DNA of 64,000 bases, from the NCBI GenBank assembly GCA_951406725.2, contig OX597838.1, forward strand, positions 5,704,001 to 5,768,000, written 5' to 3'. The translations under genes and the position numbers were made by a program. Positions 13,777 to 29,289 of this stretch are shown here, piece after piece (the first letter of the stretch is position 1; every line of letters starts with the position of its first letter). The notes beneath the pieces are model-generated. The model worked only from the letters and a program-made list of their open reading frames with translations, was not told where the DNA came from and made no database searches. Origin of the DNA: Octopus vulgaris. Taxonomy: Eukaryota.

Positions 13777-14271
13777 TTAAATGTATATATATATTATTAC
13801 ACTACATAACCGTATTTGTAGATGTACTTATAAATATATTTGCATACATTTATGTGTATATGCATATGGATATATGTATGTTCATATATAATCATTTAAA
13901 TATGAGTGTGAAAAATTATATGGAAAGCAATATAGGGAGAGAGAGACAGACAGAGAGAGAGACAGAGAGAAAGAGGGAGCGAAAGAGAGATACATACGTT
14001 CATACATACACATGTACCTACCTACTTACCTACTTCCTACGTACCTACATACATACATACAGACATACAAACATATAGAAATACATCTAAACAAATATGT
14101 GTACGTATATGGAGTGTCGATGTCGATATTAACATGTGCAAATTAAAATATAATCTGCTATATTTCTCGCTAGAATCTGCGATTCACGATAATGTTCAAC
14201 AAATGTTGGCAGGATTCCTGATTTGAACTTTGATCATATTTATGGCATAACCTGCAAAAATATAATTACGA

Positions 14272-15075
14272 GAAGAAGAAGAAGAAGAAGAAGATCAACA
14301 AGTACAAAAAATGTAGAATGGAAAGTACAAATAAGAGGGAAGTTGTGGTAAGGAGGGAGATAGAAGAAGAGTAAGAAGGTACAAAAGAGTGGGGGGCCGA
14401 AGAGGAAGAAGAGAATGAAAATAATTAAAAGAAAGGAAACAAGTGAAAAGAAGACAAATGAGGAAAAAAGGAAGGAAGGAAGGAAGAGAAGGGTGGAAAG
14501 GAAGGGGGTGGAGATGGAATTAGAGAAAGTACAAGAATGAGAAGACGCGCGGCGAAAGGGAATGTGGTGGAGGCTGAATGAAGGAGGGGGCGGAGATAAC
14601 GAAGAAATGGAGGAGAAGTAGAAGAAAAAGAAGATATGATAATAATAATAATAATAATAATAAGATGAAGAAGAAGAAGAAGACGAAGAGAAAGACGAAG
14701 GAGAAGAAGAAGTTGAAGAAGAAGAAGAAAAGAAGAAGAAGAGGTGATGATGATGATGATAATAATAATAATAATAAGATGAAGAAGAAGAAGACGAAGA
14801 AGAAGACGAAGGAGAAGAGGAAGAAGAAGAAGGAGAGGAGAAGAAGAAGAAGAAGAAGAAGAAGAAGAATAGATGATGATGATGATGATAATAATAATAA
14901 TAATAAGATGAAGAAGAAGAAGACGAAGAAGAAGACGAAGGAGAAGAAGAAGAAGAAGAAGGAGAAGGAGAAGAAGAAGAAGAAGAAGAAGAAGAAGAAG
15001 AAGAAGAAGAAGAAGAAGAAGAACAACAACAACAACAACAACAACAACTACCACTAAAACAACAACAAGACGAAG
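14272..15075 (+). repeat. Purine-rich compound trinucleotide repeat (GAA/GAT/AAT/CAA) with a three-fold higher-order unit
   Basis: (GAT)n-(AAT)n-aagatg-(aag)n-acgaag..gacgaaggagaag block at about 14632, 14742 and 14871. Confidence 0.9.
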
Positions 15076-15829
15076 AAAACGTAGAGGAAAGAAGAAATAT
15101 CCCAAGTCGAATATTCAAATTTTACTTTGCACGGAGAGGTGAAAGTGTCGTTGAATAATATTAATTTAGAAATTATTTAATCTTAAATTAAAAAGAAACA
15201 AAAATAAATTTAAATGTTAATGACCTTTTCAATTAATCATTTGATTTAATTTCCAGATTTCAAGTGCAGCAGAATATTCTGGAAAGTTCCACAGTTTAAA
15301 CTTTAACCTCCACCGTCTCCATACGTTTATGACTTGATCCGCTTACTATTTAATAACAAACAATTTTTTAATGAATAATTCGTTTCCACACTCATATACA
15401 CACATACGCACACACACACATATACACATACACACACACACAGATACAGACAGTAATATTTGAGTGCGGGTTTTGCTACGCGTGTACATAATTGTGTGTA
15501 TGCGAGTGGTTATAAATTACTATATATATTAATATAACTGTATATACTCACATACACACATATGCACACACACAAGTATGTATTTCAATACATACTTATA
15601 TATATATATATATATATATTCTTTTTATTCGATTATTATTTTATTTGTCTGAGTCACTTGATTGCAGCCAGGCTGGAGCACCACCTTTGCTCCAGCAAAT
15701 CGACCCCAGGACTTATTCTTTGTAAGGCTCGTCCTTATACTATCGTTATACTATCGCCGGGACCAAGCAAAGGTCCTGGAGCAGTTAATAGATGAAGAGC
15801 TCCCTGCTCCACTATTGGAGGGAGAGAGG

Positions 15830-16068
15830 GAGGAAATTAAAGCAGAAACAGACCTCATAAAGTTCCGGAAGTCTTTGGACAAGTTCCTTCATGAAACGCT
15901 GGATGAACCTCCTACGTCCGGATGTGCCTCGGTACTCTACAGCAACTCCCTACTCGAATGGAACATGTTCTCTGATTCTTGATTTCAATGACTTCGCCAG
16001 GTGGTGCTTTTTAAGTTAGAAATGGCCTTGGACAATACTGGCCGAAACCTATCACCGTATCAAAGTAT
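15830..16068 (+). mobile_element. 3' end of a CR1/L2-group LINE (ORF2 C-terminus plus 3' UTR)
   Basis: EIKAETDLIKFRKSLDKFLHETLDEPPTSGCASVLYSNSLLEW resembles CR1-group ORF2 ends (FK..LDKFL..IPD.P....SNSLL.W). It ends in a short repeat-like tail (cctatcaccgtatcaaagtat). Confidence 0.65.
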
Positions 16069-16097
16069 GGTGAGTGTTCCAGTTAATAAAAAAAAAA

Positions 16098-16358
16098 ACA
16101 GCCTGTTCATGAAATGAACGTGCAATTCCTAAATAATGCATAGAAATGAGTAAACCGAACGTAGATTAAGCATCACGAAGAGTGTCACAATGCTGGCTCC
16201 TTGAATTACAGATACAACCATTTCTGCCAGCTGAATGGAGTGAATGAACGTGGAGTAAAGTGTCTTGCTCAAGAACACAACGGTTCACCATGAATCGAAC
16301 ACACAAGTTTACGATAGTGAGCCGCATACCGTAACCCCTATTCCACCCGCCTCTTCAC
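16098..16358 (-). mobile_element. Degenerate tRNA-derived SINE related to 61032-61415
   Basis: Shares acagcctg.tc.tgaaat.aacgtg; has aaagtgtcttgctcaagaacacaac and a decayed B box (gaatcgaac). Confidence 0.6.
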
Positions 16359-17121
16359 GCACACAACACACAGACATGTGTATGTATTTGTTTGTGTGTG
16401 TGTGTGTGTTTGTGTGTGAGTGTGTCTTTGTGTTTGTGTGTGTGTAAAATTTATAAGGAAGATAAAATGAACAATCTTTAATCCAAACGGTGGTGGGGAC
16501 AATTTATTTTGTTTTAGAAACATCTCTCAAAGACTGGTATTAATAAATCAACTGTGATGCCACCCGAGTCCAGCCAAAATTGAAGTTAATGAACGAGTAA
16601 CAAACAAGTTCGCTGGCCGATGGCCTGGTACCCCGCTGCGTTAGCAAGTTGACCATGCGCAAATGATTTCCTTTCAAGTAGAGCACTTACAAACACGAGA
16701 TAAGGAATTCTTCGATCAATAATTATAATCATTCACAACAGTTCTTTGTTCATCTATCTTCATAAAGTCACGACATATCTCTGCTAGAAAATGGACGGAA
16801 TAAGCGGTTGTGTATTTTATACTTTTGATTCTTGCTTTTATTTTCATTAATTTCTTCTGGTCAGTTTATTTACTTTATATTTTGCGTCTTCGACTTTTAT
16901 TTTTCATTAATTTATTTTCAATACTATTTCCTTTTATCATTTGTATTTCTGTCTGTCGAATGTTAAATCTATGATCTGGATATAAAATATTGGTGGTCCA
17001 AAGAACACTATGTTATGGAGTTGTAATCACAACATCACCGGTTGTTAAACGGTGATTGTGAGGGACAAACCAAGACACAATGACGCACACACAGGCACAC
17101 ACACATATATATGATATGATA

Positions 17122-17560
<439 letters not shown>

Positions 17561-18665
17561 GAATCTTTTCCGTTTGTCGGCCAAATTTCAGTCTCTTCAT
17601 TTTCCATCCGAATTGATTTCATATGCGGTGTAATGATATAAATTTATGTGCTAATCAATGCCATGGAAATTCTTTGTCGCCATATATCAATAAATAAGGT
17701 GTTTCAGCTTTTAAAATTTCCAAAGTCTGACTAATTTTAGCTAATCATAATTCGCGGAAACATTGATGCCTGTTTGCGACCAAACATGAGAACACTTTTG
17801 TCAGCGACACAACACGCGTTCACAAATATATTCTACACGAATGCTTGTACGTTGATGCTGTTTTTTTCTGCTTGTGCCCATTTGCTGCTTGTACCCTGTT
17901 TGAAAGGTGCACTAAAAGTAACAGGCCTTAAAACACGGGGCTTTAATCATGGCTTCAAATCACGCACCGCACTTAAATTTTTGTCCTTATATAATCGTAT
18001 GAATTGCCTAGCGTAGAATACAAATTTGCTAAAAGTTTCTGAAATTTCTAAAATATATAAAAGTTGTGTAGGTGTACAATGTCGTGCGTAAAGCAATTTA
18101 CATTGTCATATTAAAAAAAAGTCATACACAAAATGACAAATACCAAATCCTGTTTTCTGGTTGGGTGAAAATTATCAAACTGTAAACCTCTAGTACTTTA
18201 AACATTTTTTTTTTACTGAGATTCCTCTTGGAAACTACATGAATACACGAAATTTAAAAATGTTCAATAAACTTTGAAACTTCGACTGCTGTATCCAAAC
18301 AGAAAAGATCCACAAACCCTTCAAGGCTGTGTTCCAGCGTGTTTGAAACATGTAAAAGAATATTATACATACATATATATATATATTAATAAATAAAATA
18401 AAACATATGCATATATATAAACATATATGTACGTACCTACCTCTACATGTACATATACACGCATATATGAGTACAGGACACCAAAAGGACGTCGAACACA
18501 ATGAGAAACGGAAACATAGACACAAACGAAAGGAACTGGACATTTATTTAAAAACAGCAAACAAAAATAGAGTACAGGACAAGGAAAAACAAGATAAGAA
18601 GGGCTGTTGACGCCGAACGAAAAAAAGTATTGCAAACATATAAATGTATATATATATACATATAA

Positions 18666-18776
<111 letters not shown>

Positions 18777-18784
18777 TATATATA

Positions 18785-18915
18785 CAAAGTCTCAGTTTCC
18801 ATCTACCACATAAAGGCTTTGTATTGTCTGAGCCTATAGTTGAAGAAATCTGTCCAAGATAACATATAATGGTACTGAACCCGGAACCACGCGCTTACGA
18901 TGCAAATTCCTACCT
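18785..18915 (-). mobile_element. SINE family B 5' half, degenerate
   Basis: cagtttccatctacca..ctatagttgaagaaatctgtccaag..actgaacccggaaccac. Confidence 0.65.
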
Positions 18916-19536
18916 CACTTACAAGCCTCTGTCTATATCTATCTATTTGTGTATCGCAAATGTCTTAATAATGAATAATGTATAAGAACAATACAGTTAA
19001 CTTATTCTCTTAAAATTTTTTTTTTGCATAATATCAAATACTTACGTTGCTGTCTATGAGTGAAATATTACATTGTAAATCTAATAACAAAAGCTTAAAT
19101 TAAATAACAATGAATTATAGATGTTTCGATTAAGGTTAAATGTCAGGATCAAATGTTAAAGGCAAATTCTATTGTAATTTGAAGGACCACGTTTTTCCCA
19201 TTGATCACATTATGCCATAAGTTCGAATTTTCTAATTTTCAAAGAAATACATAAAAAAGGAATAAGATTGCAAAACCATAAAGGACGAATGAGACCCCTT
19301 TTCCCCTGAAGTCCTTAACAGAGAATAAAGGTTTGGCAATGTTTTTATCCCCCAATAAACACGCTCATACACACGTATAATGTGATACACAGAAGCATAT
19401 AAATCCAGTATGTCTGTTTGTCTGTCTGTGTGTCTGTGATTTAGATAGACACACAGGTAAGTTAAAGTAGGTTACGTTATAGAAATACATAGATATATAC
19501 ATACACCTACAGTTTCACATAGATGTGTGTGTGTGC

Positions 19537-19590
<54 letters not shown>

Positions 19591-19743
19591 CGTAAGGTGT
19601 TCTAGCCATCTGAATGTGGCTAGCCACTGGGGGTGGGGTGTTACTGATGATTTTAGCCCCAGGCGATCAACGTTGTACACCTTACGTACACCTTACGTTG
19701 TCGAGCGGTTACTGTTTATATCTCGTTCAGAGATTTATTAATG

Positions 19744-19785
<42 letters not shown>

Positions 19786-19789
<4 letters not shown>

Positions 19790-20040
19790 GAGATGTATAG
19801 AAAAACAAAAGACAAAGATAGTTGTATGAATAACAAGCAGGTTTATTAGCTTCACGCTCCGGGAAATGAAAAAGATTTTACGTTTCGAGCCTATGCTCTT
19901 CAACAGAAAGGAATTAGAGAAAATTTACAGAGACTAAAAAAAATACCTGTAGCTTTATCGGTCAGCATGGTGAATGTTTAGGAAACGAGTTGAAAGAAGA
20001 GGTTGAAAGAAATGGAGATAATAAAGTACTGGTGATTCCA
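19786..20040 (-). mobile_element. Penelope-like terminal fragment with variant hammerhead motif (19876-19910) ending at (TA)n
   Basis: Minus strand: CUUU-CUGUUGA-A-GAGC-AUAG-GCUC-GAAAC-GUA-AAA, then a ~90-nt tail into the TA tract at 19745-19787. Confidence 0.6.
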
Positions 20041-20529
20041 AATATAGATGCGCTCGCGCGTGTGTGTATTAAAGAATGGTGTGTGTGAGTGTGTAATTCT
20101 GTGTGTTTGAATAGCAGCTAGTGACTTTCACATGAGCGAGTATGTCCATGTGTATGTGTATGCGTCTGTGACGTGTAGCTGCTAAGGTAATGGTGTGTGT
20201 GTGTGGAGACACTATTGAAGATTGTGTGTAGGTGTGTGGATGATGGTATGTGGGTGTTTGGGTGTGTGGATGATGGGGTATAGTGTGAATGCTGGGAAGT
20301 GGTCAATGCTAGTGTGTGTGTGTGTGTAGTAGCGTGGGGTGGCGTGGTGGTTGTGGTGGTGGGTGGTGAGAGGTGGAGTTGAGAGACGTATATTCATACG
20401 GAGGAAATAGAGAGAATGAAAGAAACGATCAGATTGCACAAGATTTCACACAAGGTTTATTTAGCACGCATGCGTGCGCGTACACAGCTTTCTATATATA
20501 TGTATATATACACAGAGAGGAAGAGAGAC

Positions 20530-20851
<322 letters not shown>

Positions 20852-21485
20852 GATTTACGGTTACATTTACATGTAACTTTATGCAGAGAAGTCTGTGTGC
20901 GTGTTGATGAAATTGACGTCGCACGTCCGTGTGACAAAGCACGGTAATATCTTCTTTGCATATCTCAGAACAACGTTACGTAAATCAAGAACTCTATGTG
21001 CCTTGGTGTATATTCCACAATGAAACGCATCGTCATTCAGCGCATATTCGAAATCAAAAAACTAAACAACGACACCAGTTGTACTTGCGTGACCTAAATC
21101 ACATTTGCTACAAAGATACAATGATCGTCAGAACTTGCGCTGACTTTTGTAGCTTATTTCCGACAACAGGGCACGCATTTGTTAAGGTGTCACGTGCGAA
21201 CAAATCTTTTCTTTTCCTTTCTTTCTTTCGCTTTTGTCTGTCTCTTACCGACTCACTTCTAACTACGAACCTAATCTAAGCTATACTATTTGTTATTTTA
21301 CACATGTATATATATATTTAATACTTCGCAGTATAATCTATGTCGCTTAGAATTTTGCCTTTTCATTTCTCTATTTCCCTGCATTTAAATGTTACTGATT
21401 CAGAATTAGTTAACTTTACCTGTTAACTAGTTCTAAGTTAACTAGTAAAGTGGACAGACTTGGTATGGGGAAGTCGAAAAGTATG

Positions 21486-21536
<51 letters not shown>

Positions 21537-21600
21537 TACTCTACCTCTGGTATTTGAGTACTCTTTTTTCCACCTTGTTTCACATGTATGTGCTTTATCC

Positions 21601-21645
<45 letters not shown>

Positions 21646-21647
<2 letters not shown>

Positions 21648-21815
21648 CGGGAAGGTTTACGAAAATAAACAAAAGACGAAGGCAGGTGGGGTACAAGCAA
21701 ACAAATGTATTAGTATGGCGCTCAGGAATAGAAATAGAATAAGTCTTTTACATTTCGAGCCTACGCTCTTCCACAGAAAGATACGCAGAAAAAAACAAGG
21801 AGAGAAAATAATTCG
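21646..21815 (-). mobile_element. Second related Penelope-like terminal fragment with variant hammerhead motif (21745-21780)
   Basis: Minus strand: CUUU-CUGUGGA-A-GAGC-GUAG-GCUC-GAAAU-GUA-AAA. Homologous to 19786-19910, with the tail ending at the TA tract at 21603-21646. Confidence 0.6.
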
Positions 21816-22309
21816 TATATATATTTATATATATTGTGTATTTTGTAACAGAAAGCAATACTAATGCCATCTGTAATACTGGACTCACCACCGTTCCTCC
21901 ACCACACACATAGTGACACACAGGCGCGCACAAGACAAAAGAGCAACAGATAACCTACTGTTACGCGAAATGGTAGTAGTTAACATCGATTTCTTTAGTG
22001 GAGAAAAAAAGAGACGAAACAAAATGATATGATTCAGTATAGAATATAAAATTCCTCTGTCTGGAAACGTCAAACCACCAAGATAGCACTAATTAACGAT
22101 TAGTTTTATTTCATTACCTACACATGCCATATGTGAATATTAATTAATTTGCAGACATTAGTAAAGAACATCTATTATATCTCTTGATAGATTTTCTAAT
22201 AATTCCTAGCTTAATTCAGATTAATTCTTGATCTATCTTATTTATGTGTCAGATTGTGTCTTTGTCCGTCTGTCTATCTGTCTAACTGTCAGTCTCAACA
22301 CCTCCCTCT

Positions 22310-22780
<471 letters not shown>

Positions 22781-23123
22781 ATTTATCTCATCATACATAT
22801 ATTTCTCTATGTATCTAGCCATGTATCTATATCAATATTTTTTCCGTATCTTTCTATCAACGGGAGGCACATAAACACAGTGTTATGCAAAAAGGAGAAA
22901 AAACATGAGGAAACTGTTAGATAATGCGTTACTATGTATTTATATAATATATATATATATATATGTGTATGTGTGTGTGTGTGTGTGACTTTGAGAGGGC
23001 AGGTATACCTATATCTGCGTGTATACACACACAAACATATAAAAGTGCGTGTATATATGTACTTATACATACGTATCTACATGTTTATCTCTCCATGTCT
23101 TCTCTCTCCCCTTATACATATGC

Positions 23124-23206
<83 letters not shown>

Positions 23207-23872
23207 AATATATATGTACATTTATGTCTGTACGCGTGTGTGTGTCTGTGTGTCTGTGTGCATGCGTGTGTTTGTCGGTTCACGCATTAATATCGATCAA
23301 AATATATCTATATTTCAGCTGAACATTTTTTGTTTTTTTTATGGCAGAAATATCCTGTAGCGTTTATTGGTTATAGTAATTATAAGCAATCTTTTTGCAG
23401 GGTCTATTGATTTATTAGCTATATTCTTAATAGCTTTCTAATGAACACCTATCGTAATATATCTATTATAACTTGCTACATACTCTTATGTACGTGAATG
23501 TTTTATAGATACATGGAACTTATCAGAGTGAACGCAATATTTAAACTTTACACGCCACGCTATAAGTATGTGTTTTGGTTCTGTTATGTTTTTTGCTTCT
23601 CTTTCTTCGCTTCGGTATTCTCGGAAATAACACGATGTTTTAACGGCCTTATAATCCAGTTTGTCTTTAATTTGTTTAATTTATTAAAGAGCAGCCATAC
23701 AGGTGTACCGACTTAACCAATTATGGTTGAATGACTCGAACCCAGAAATTATAAATTTTTTTTAAGCTTGGCACTTATTCAATCATACTCTATTGCCAAA
23801 TCGCTATATTACGAGGACGCAAGCAAACCAGCAAACAAACTCATCTACCCAGAGGTATACACACACGCTCAC

Positions 23873-23982
<110 letters not shown>

Positions 23983-24899
23983 ATATATATATATATATGT
24001 AAAGGGGGAGAGCGAGAGAAAGGGGAAACGTGTTTATCGAATTTCTGTCTACGAAATCCACTAACAAGACCATGGTCAGTCCCAGGCTACAGTAGAATGT
24101 GCAACGCTGTGGAACTCAACCAAGAAACATGTTATTGGGTGGCCAATGTCTGACCACATTTGCATATCTGCGCCGTTTTTGATAATATAGTCTGAGATTT
24201 TTTTAATTAGTTGTAACAAAATATTTTCTCCCACAATTGCCGTGGGTTTTCGGTTCTAATTTCAGGAGATACAGACGTAGGAAAAAAAATAAGAAACAAA
24301 GATATGAGAACGAATAAAGAGAGATGGGTGTTGTCTCTACCTACAGAGACTACCATTATACGAAGCTGAGTTGGGTTACTGAGTTTACAAGTTAACTGAA
24401 ATTAGCTGAAATTTCGAAGCAATTTCTTTGTAGATACTGCAAGAATGGGAACGTATTATTCATTTAGGAATCAAGCATGTGCTCGTAGACGAAATAAATC
24501 ACGAAGTAGTAAGCGATAAAAAATATTTTGCCGTCGTTTTATGTTCTTGTTCAAAAATCGAAACTGCAAACGATGTTGTAAAACATAGTCGAACAGTTAT
24601 AAAATAAGTCAAAAATCAAAACTCAAAAATCGAATGTCATTTATTAGTGTACTTGCTTCAGTTATTAGACTGTGTCCATACTGGAGTGCTCCTTGGCAGG
24701 GTCTGTTTAACAAATTGGCTCCAGTAATTATTCTGTTGGCCGACTTTGCCGAACGACTAATTAACGAGGATGTATACAGAAATTATCGGTTGTGGAGAGG
24801 TGGAGAGGGTACAAAAGACTTCACGACACACACATACACAAATACACACACATACACAAATACACACACATACACAAATACACACACATACATACATAT

Positions 24900-25318
24900 A
24901 TTTCTTTTATTTTACCTCTTTCATTCGTTTCACCGTGGCCATAATGTAGCACCGCATTGAAAGGTTTTAATCCGAAATATTGCCCCCAAGATTTATTGTT
25001 TTAAAAGTCTAGTACTTCTTTTATCGGTCGTTTTGCCGAACCGATAGATTATGAGGACGTAAACGCACCAGTACGGGTTGTCAGGTGATGACGGGGAGAC
25101 CAAACATAAACAAAAAGACAATACACACATACACACTGCATACACATACACACAGATATATATACGACGGGCTTCTTTCAGTTTCCATCGACCAAATCCA
25201 CTGACAAGTCATTGGTCGGCCCGAAGCTAGAGTAGAAGAAGCTTGCACAAGGTGCCACGCAGTGGGGCTGAACCCGGAACCAAGTGGTTGGGAAGCGAGC
25301 TTCTTACCACACAGCCAC
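24900..25318 (-). mobile_element. Near-full-length SINE family B with internal microsatellite; a further 3'-half copy lies at ~24640-24830
   Basis: Reverse-complement match to 62350-62794 (cttaccacacagccac, ctgaacccggaacc, tttgccgaaccg, cttctttcagtttcc). Confidence 0.85.
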
Positions 25319-26489
25319 ATGTATATATGCACACATACACATGTACACACACAAATACACACGCATGCGCAAGCACACACACATGGAGGGCTACAATATA
25401 TTTGCCATTTACAATATTTCCTCACAATCATTGGTCAGTCCAAACCTACAGCAGAAAACACTGCGGATGTAGTAGTGAAGCCAACGCGTGAGACGCACAG
25501 ACGTCCCTGCACTTCTATAAAGAAGAAACAAAGGTAAGATGAGTTTTTTCGAACGATTAATGGCATAGACATTTTAAATAAATCAGGTCTTCAAATACAA
25601 AATAAAATAGAACAATTGAATACAAAAGATAAAAGATATTATCTAAAGTAATAAAGTGATTAAATTTAGGTGGAATAATCTTGATTAGTCTATAAGCTTT
25701 GTTCTGATTTTTAGAGGAGTATCTAGAATCGTGTTATCTTAGTGTACAGAACTGAAGTTATCAGCTGAAATAATTGTTCTTCATAAATAGTTAATTAGAT
25801 TCCAGAATTCGGGCATAAACAAATTTTTCAGACATTTGACGGATTAACTACTTGTTAATTAATTGCAGGCGACATACATCACTGTTCTCATTTTCTGTTC
25901 GGTCGTTTGCGTTCGTGATTGAAATGTCGGCTTTTAAAAAGCGGAATTAGTCGAGACTAGAAGAAAGTAAAGAAAACAAAATTTCAATTTAGAATTATTT
26001 AGCGTCCTGAGCAAGTGAACAATTTGCGAATAAATGAAAACAAATGCCTCCAGATGTTACTGATTCATTCATCGCTGATCCGAGATAAAACGGTACGCTC
26101 GGTTGTTAACCGTGTTAAGTTTATTACGCATTAATCTGTGACAATATGTGTAAGCCACCATTGAGCGATTCTACTGATAGCACAAATTTGTGCCCCAGGA
26201 ACCACTCGCACGTCTCAGATACCCAGAATGCACAGACCATCGCTTGAGTTTACACGACAGTACTGTGAAGCTGCGTATTTCTTACACGAATTTATATACT
26301 CAGACGTATGAACAAGGATCCCATGAACAGAAAAATACCATAACGCCCGATCCTATGAAACAATGAAAACTAGTGTTTACTAGAAACGTTACAAAAGATC
26401 AAGACAATAGTTGGAAGTGGAAGATCGTCTATCATTTATAGAAACACATTTTTAAATAACAGGGTCTTTTTTTTCTGAGACGGGACCGG

Positions 26490-26920
26490 ACGCCATTACC
26501 GGACTGAGTGCATGATGTTGAATGTTTCCGATAGGTAGCCAGTCACCCGAAATACTGAGCAGTTGTCGCTCTGCATTGCGGAGATACAGCCAAATGACCT
26601 GGAGCTGAAACCAGCCACCGTTAGGACGGCCGCCAATTATTGGCCGACACCATCGAAGGTATTTGATTGATCCACATTGATCAAGACCCCACCAATGCCA
26701 ACTTCTTTATCCACTCTGCCCATGAAAAATCGCATGAGATGGAGGTTGGCGTGGATGGATTTTTTAGAGATGGTGCATGATTCCGTATCACCAATCAGTT
26801 CCATGACAAACGCCAACACTTTGGTAAAATCTGACCCTCAGTTTTGAAGTCTAATATCAGTAGAATTAGGGGTCTAAAAATTGCTAGTTGATTCTCCTTG
26901 TCTAGGACCTTTCTCAGCTG
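26490..26920 (-). mobile_element. L1/Tx1-clade LINE reverse-transcriptase fragment (pseudogenised)
   Basis: FRPLILLILDFK...SIHANLHLMRF...GGVLINVDQSNTFDGV...VTGYLSETFNIMHSVR corresponds to decayed RPITLLN.DFK / IHDNL / LDQSKAFDRV / SVRQG motifs. Confidence 0.8.
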
Positions 26921-27698
26921 TGCTGTTGCTCCTCCACAAAAGAACAAGGAATTTTCCTGTTCACAGCTAGTTGCGATAGATATCTGTGAAATGACAGACA
27001 AAATAATCTGGCATATATAACTAAAGCTCAAAGCTCACAGAGGAGAAACAGTTTGAATCAGGTAGTTTTCCCTTTAACTCGCAACGTTTTGGGTTCAAAT
27101 ACTGCCGGGGTAAGATTTGTTTTTCATCAATTCTGTTTCGATAAAATACCGTACCTGTCAAGTATTGACACTGAAACTTTCGGAATCCCTCTCCAACATT
27201 ACTGCGGCAGACCTGTGCCAAACATATATATATTTTCTTTTTTTCGTTTCTAAGCTCTATTGTTGTGGGTGACTAAGTGAACCAATCTGGAAAAACTGGT
27301 CAACGAGGCATTTCGTTACCATAGTAACCACTACCTCCATTTTTATAAGATCAGCGATTATATTATGTTCCGGCTAATATGTTTAGCAGGGCGAGCGACA
27401 TCCTGGAACCACCCTTGTTAGTTGGAAATTGCATCAATCCCCTTTTGCCTTATTTTCTTCATATCAAACAAACATACAAGGGAAGATTTCAGTCCAGGAC
27501 CAAATTATCAAATCTGATCAGATTGGGCTGGGGTTTCTAGCAAATTAATCTACACGATAGATTCCCGTTCGTTAGAAACTAACTTCATAAGTTTTCGGAC
27601 TTGCCGACTGCGCGCACACAATGGCGAGACAGGTTTATTGGAGAAGTGGTGAGCAACAATGAATGGAAAAGGAAACACAACACTTTTATATAAGTACA

Positions 27699-27804
<106 letters not shown>

Positions 27805-27819
27805 TGCATGTATATATAT

Positions 27820-27853
<34 letters not shown>

Positions 27854-27905
27854 TAGTATATATATATAAACATTAGTATGTATATATATATATATACATA
27901 CATAA

Positions 27906-27985
<80 letters not shown>

Positions 27986-28580
27986 ACACACATATGTATA
28001 TGTAAATGAATATATATACATATATATATAGATGGATATATATATATATATATACATATGTGTGTGTGTAAACGTGAGTGTATGTGCCTGTGTGTGCATG
28101 CGTGTGTGCGTGTGTGAGTGCTTGGAAACACCAATGACGACAAAAAGTTTATTCTTATGTAATCAATTTCCTAAATGTCTGCGTGTAGAACTTCAACATC
28201 CTGGTAGAATAATTGGCTTTATCAGAGAATCAGAGATCACGCAAAATTTCTTTTAGGAGATATAATTAAAATAAAAGCCACTGATAACACCATGAAATGC
28301 TAACCATTTCTATAGATACAGCTATATCCTTATTTTAATTTCTAATTAATTATTTGCCAGTGGTTCTATATAGAAAGATAATATTTTCGAATAATCATGG
28401 CGCCTCTGGGTTTATGAAACGGAAGAGAATAACTGTATATTGTAAGATGTATTCTTAAATGAATTAATTTTCAGTAGAAAGTATTGGGTGTATTTAGGAA
28501 GCTCGAGGTCGCCAAAACTAACTATATGATTTTATGTGCGCATATGTATGCTTCGTAGACTATGTATGTATCTATCTATC

Positions 28581-28665
<85 letters not shown>

Positions 28666-28666
28666 A

Positions 28667-28705
<39 letters not shown>

Positions 28706-29289
28706 TTTCCTATCTACCTATCTCTCTATCAATCAAGCTATGTATGTTTATATGTATGTGTCCATGTATCTATCTATATTCCTTTCATTTTCTCTATTTC
28801 TATCTCTCTATTTCTCAATAGCTCTCTGTATTTATCTCTATATTGTAAGCAGACACACACAGACTTCAAATACACACCCTAATTCGTCTAATCTAGCCAT
28901 TTATTAGAATTACAGTTCTCAACAACTAATTTCAATTAGATGGGGTTGCGACCAATGTCGATTTGAAATAAATAACATGAAATAACGAATCGCAAAGTTT
29001 TAATATGTTGGCATATTAAATATTCAATATACGGTAACCTTTATGGCCGTCTAATATTATATGTGACATTGCACTTCTCAGCCGGTGTAAATAGGGGCAA
29101 GATTCCTTGCAAAGCTTGAATAAATAGGTGCCTTTGATGAGCGGTTTAAATCAGGAGAACTATGATTAGTATAGTATGAAAGCTACACCGACGCAGATAA
29201 ACATAAACATACTCATGTATATGAATGAGGTGTGTATTTTAAAAGAGGATCCGTGCGTCTATCACACTACGCCCTTCATTTGCGTTATC

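Noticed and set aside
14240-15118. 292-aa Ser-rich and overlapping Lys/Leu/Phe-rich ORFs
   Set aside because: Trinucleotide repeat that is open in several frames, with no protein signal.
25440-25540. Possible plus-strand exon ending aaag|gtaaga
   Set aside because: The donor is good, but the acceptor is weak and the peptide is unrecognisable.
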